Below, piece by piece: positions 61,874 to 64,000 of a stretch of 64,000 bases of DNA. Source of the stretch: an uncultured delta proteobacterium (GTDB lineage: Bacteria; Desulfobacterota; Desulfobacteria; Desulfobacterales; QNYZ01). The DNA is taken from assembly GCA_963845145.1 (NCBI GenBank), contig CAWJQU010000005.1, forward strand, positions 1,184,001-1,248,000, written 5' to 3'. A program made the position numbers and the translations under genes. The stretch's first letter is position 1, and each line of letters begins with the position of its first letter. The notes beneath the pieces were generated by a model. The model was given only the letters and a program-made list of their open reading frames with translations, ran no database searches and was not told the DNA's origin.

Positions 61874-62043
61874 TCAAATCTCCTGTATTGAATAAAACTT
61901 TTGAAAGAGCCACGATTTTGTGAGAAAACCTGCAATACATAACGGTTTGATAAAATGCCGGATGTTTGACGGAGCAGGCCCGGTTCAAAAGCAAGTATTT
62001 AAACCTGTCGTCCGCGTGGAAAGTCGGCCCCCTGAGGGATATA

Positions 62044-62916
62044 TCAATGCGTCAGGGTCAATACGCCCGGCAGGACTTCAAATGAGAACGACTGCCGCGT
62101 TCGTCCCAATTCCCCATCCATTTGCAGCGTCAGCGGGCGCTCGGAATGAACCTGCAACGTTTTCCCCGCCCGATAGGTACCGGCACGGTTTCCGATGGTA
62201 AATGACGTCGCGACGCCGATCATCGGTTGGTGCCATTTGGCTGACATCCAGAGCGCATGAAGGTGGCCGTCGTCCCAGCGGGCACGAGGAACCACTTTCA
62301 TCCCCATTCCGAAGTACGGTTGTTTTACCACCACCAGGCTCAGCAGTTTTTTAACAGTGATATGGGTATCGTCAAGGTTTAAATCAACCCGTCCGGGCCG
62401 GTAGACGCTAAGGTAAGCCTTAAGTGATGCCAAAAAGTAAGCTTTGGGGCCGGACACCCCTTGTTTACGATAGGCGGTCCAGAGTTTGACGGCGGTGCCG
62501 TCGAGGCCGACGGAGGCCATGAAGGCCAGACGGTTGCCATCACAGCGGATCAAATCGCAGGTGTGCTGTTGTCCGTTGCGAATCCGTTGGGCCATATCGG
62601 TCAGGTCGCCTCGATATGTCAGGGCACTTCGAATTGCATTGCCTGTGCCCAGAGGGAGAAATGCCAGGGATAGCCGAGAGGGGTAGATGGCATTGATAAT
62701 ATCGGAAAAGGTGCCGTCGCCGCCGGCCACCACAAGAACATCGCACCGGTCTCCCACTTCTACGGCACGGCGGGTAAACGCCTCGGCGGAAGTGGTGTTC
62801 AGGCCGTAAACCTTCGCGTTGAGAACCTGTGAAACCTCTTTCAGCTGCGATCGTTTCTGATCTATATTTAGGCGGCCTGCTTTCGGATTGGCGATGATCG
62901 CATATTTCATGGTCAT
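62044..62916 (-). CDS. Diacylglycerol kinase family lipid kinase
   Basis: NPKAG, GGDGT, PLGTGN, QMDGE. Confidence 0.9.
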   Translation of the reverse strand: MTMKYAIIANPKAGRLNIDQKRSQLKEVSQVLNAKVYGLNTTSAEAFTRRAVEVGDRCDVLVVAGGDGTFSDIINAIYPSRLSLAFLPLGTGNAIRSALTYRGDLTDMAQRIRNGQQHTCDLIRCDGNRLAFMASVGLDGTAVKLWTAYRKQGVSGPKAYFLASLKAYLSVYRPGRVDLNLDDTHITVKKLLSLVVVKQPYFGMGMKVVPRARWDDGHLHALWMSAKWHQPMIGVATSFTIGNRAGTYRAGKTLQVHSERPLTLQMDGELGRTRQSFSFEVLPGVLTLTH

Positions 62917-63031
62917 TCCAGCATTTTGTCTCTTTTTGGGCGTACCTTCGCAGACATGATCAAGCTTTCAATCGAACAATTATTTTACACCGAACAGGCA
63001 TTTTACACTATCCAATCCGGAGATAACACCC

Positions 63032-63896
63032 TCAATATGTTTTTCTGCGGGAAAACCCCGATCCCAGCACGCTGAAGGTGTTTTCGGTAATAAAAAATGC
63101 GTTCGTATCCATACTGAATACCAGGGCTTCCAGACGTTTTAACTGATAATTGTTGACCACGGTCATCACGATCTTTTTGTCTTTTCCGGAATAGGCCCCC
63201 TGACCATTTAGCAACGTTGCGCCGCGCCCCAATTTTTTCAAGATGGCGTCGGCAATCGTGGTCGACACTTCCGAGATAATCAATACCAGTTTGCGTTGAT
63301 TAAAGCACGCTGAGAAAATAATCCGTAACCTGGGAAACAATAAATGTCAGTACCAGGGAGTAGAGGATCAAATCAATGTCAAGGATATGAAAACTCAGGC
63401 TGAACAGGACCAGATTGGAAAAGAAAAAGAAGCGTCCGATGGGGACATTCAATTTCTGGTTTAAAATGATGGCGATAATATCGCTACCACCGGCTGAGCC
63501 CAGCGAGTGGAGGTAAATTCCCGCCCCGGCGCCGATGAACGCACCGGCCGCAAGGGCGGATAACAACGGGTCCTGAATCGGGATCTCAAACGAGATCCAG
63601 TCGAGGCCCAGGGTGACAACCAGCATGCCGAACAGGCTGTAAAATACAAATCGCCGACTCAGCCAAATCCAACCGATAATAAACAACGGTATATTAAGTA
63701 CCAGATACCACAATCCCGGCGTTAGCCCGCCGAACATATAATAGATCAAAAGGCTTAAACCTGAAAAGCCGCCTGTGATAAATCCATGGGGGATGGCGAT
63801 GGATTTGATCCCGATCGCCAGCAAGAAACCCCCACCGGCGATAAGGACCAGGTTTAAAAGGATGCCATGAAGCTTTTTGTTTTGGAAAATTTTCAC
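63032..63896 (-). pseudogene. YitT family membrane protein with one frameshift (~63305; possibly sequencing error)
   Basis: GGFSGL, LNIPLF, GSAGGSDII, then FNQRK, RGAT, GAYS, GSGF in the next frame. Confidence 0.85.
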
Positions 63897-64000
63897 CGTA
63901 AGTCACCAATTATAAATGGAATATGATCGCGCTCGTACCCGTATTCGCGGGTGGCCTGGGAATAGTAATTGCTTATATGCGGGATACAACCCCATTTCAA

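Noticed and set aside
54514..61900. Classical integron or IS elements
   Set aside because: No IntI, no recognisable attC (RYYYAAC...GTTRRRY) array, and no transposase ORF.
1..64000. Numerous antisense and overlapping ORFs in the six-frame track; tRNA or rRNA genes
   Set aside because: The ORFs are shadows of well-supported genes with no motifs; I recognised no tRNA or rRNA.

Overview
This 64-kb window looks like chromosome from a sulfate-reducing deltaproteobacterium (Desulfobacterales-like; my inference from gene content and protein style). About 1-45.7 kb is mostly housekeeping: asd with a thrL-like attenuator, DUF47-pit, a TPP-riboswitch thiMELD+thiZXY salvage operon, tatA, sbcB, recQ, ltaE, ilvBN, a GlrK/QseG/GlrR-like sigma-54 module, a fatty-acid ABC/ligase/thiolase cluster and lrp-gcvTHPAPB. 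From 45.9 to 61.9 kb is a mosaic accessory region organised by two interleaved direct-repeat pairs: A (156 bp at 45881 and 56725) and B (about 116 bp at 54608 and 60736), both about 93% identical by hand count. They define two sister A-cargo-B units. One carries phoU-phoBR-pstCASB with Pho boxes; the other carries small accessory genes, recombinase-core-like sites and a tyrosine-integrase remnant. Neighbouring genes are truncated at the repeat edges. About 14 indel-only frameshifts (9 in pstA/S/B) suggest long-read error, so those pseudogene calls are provisional.
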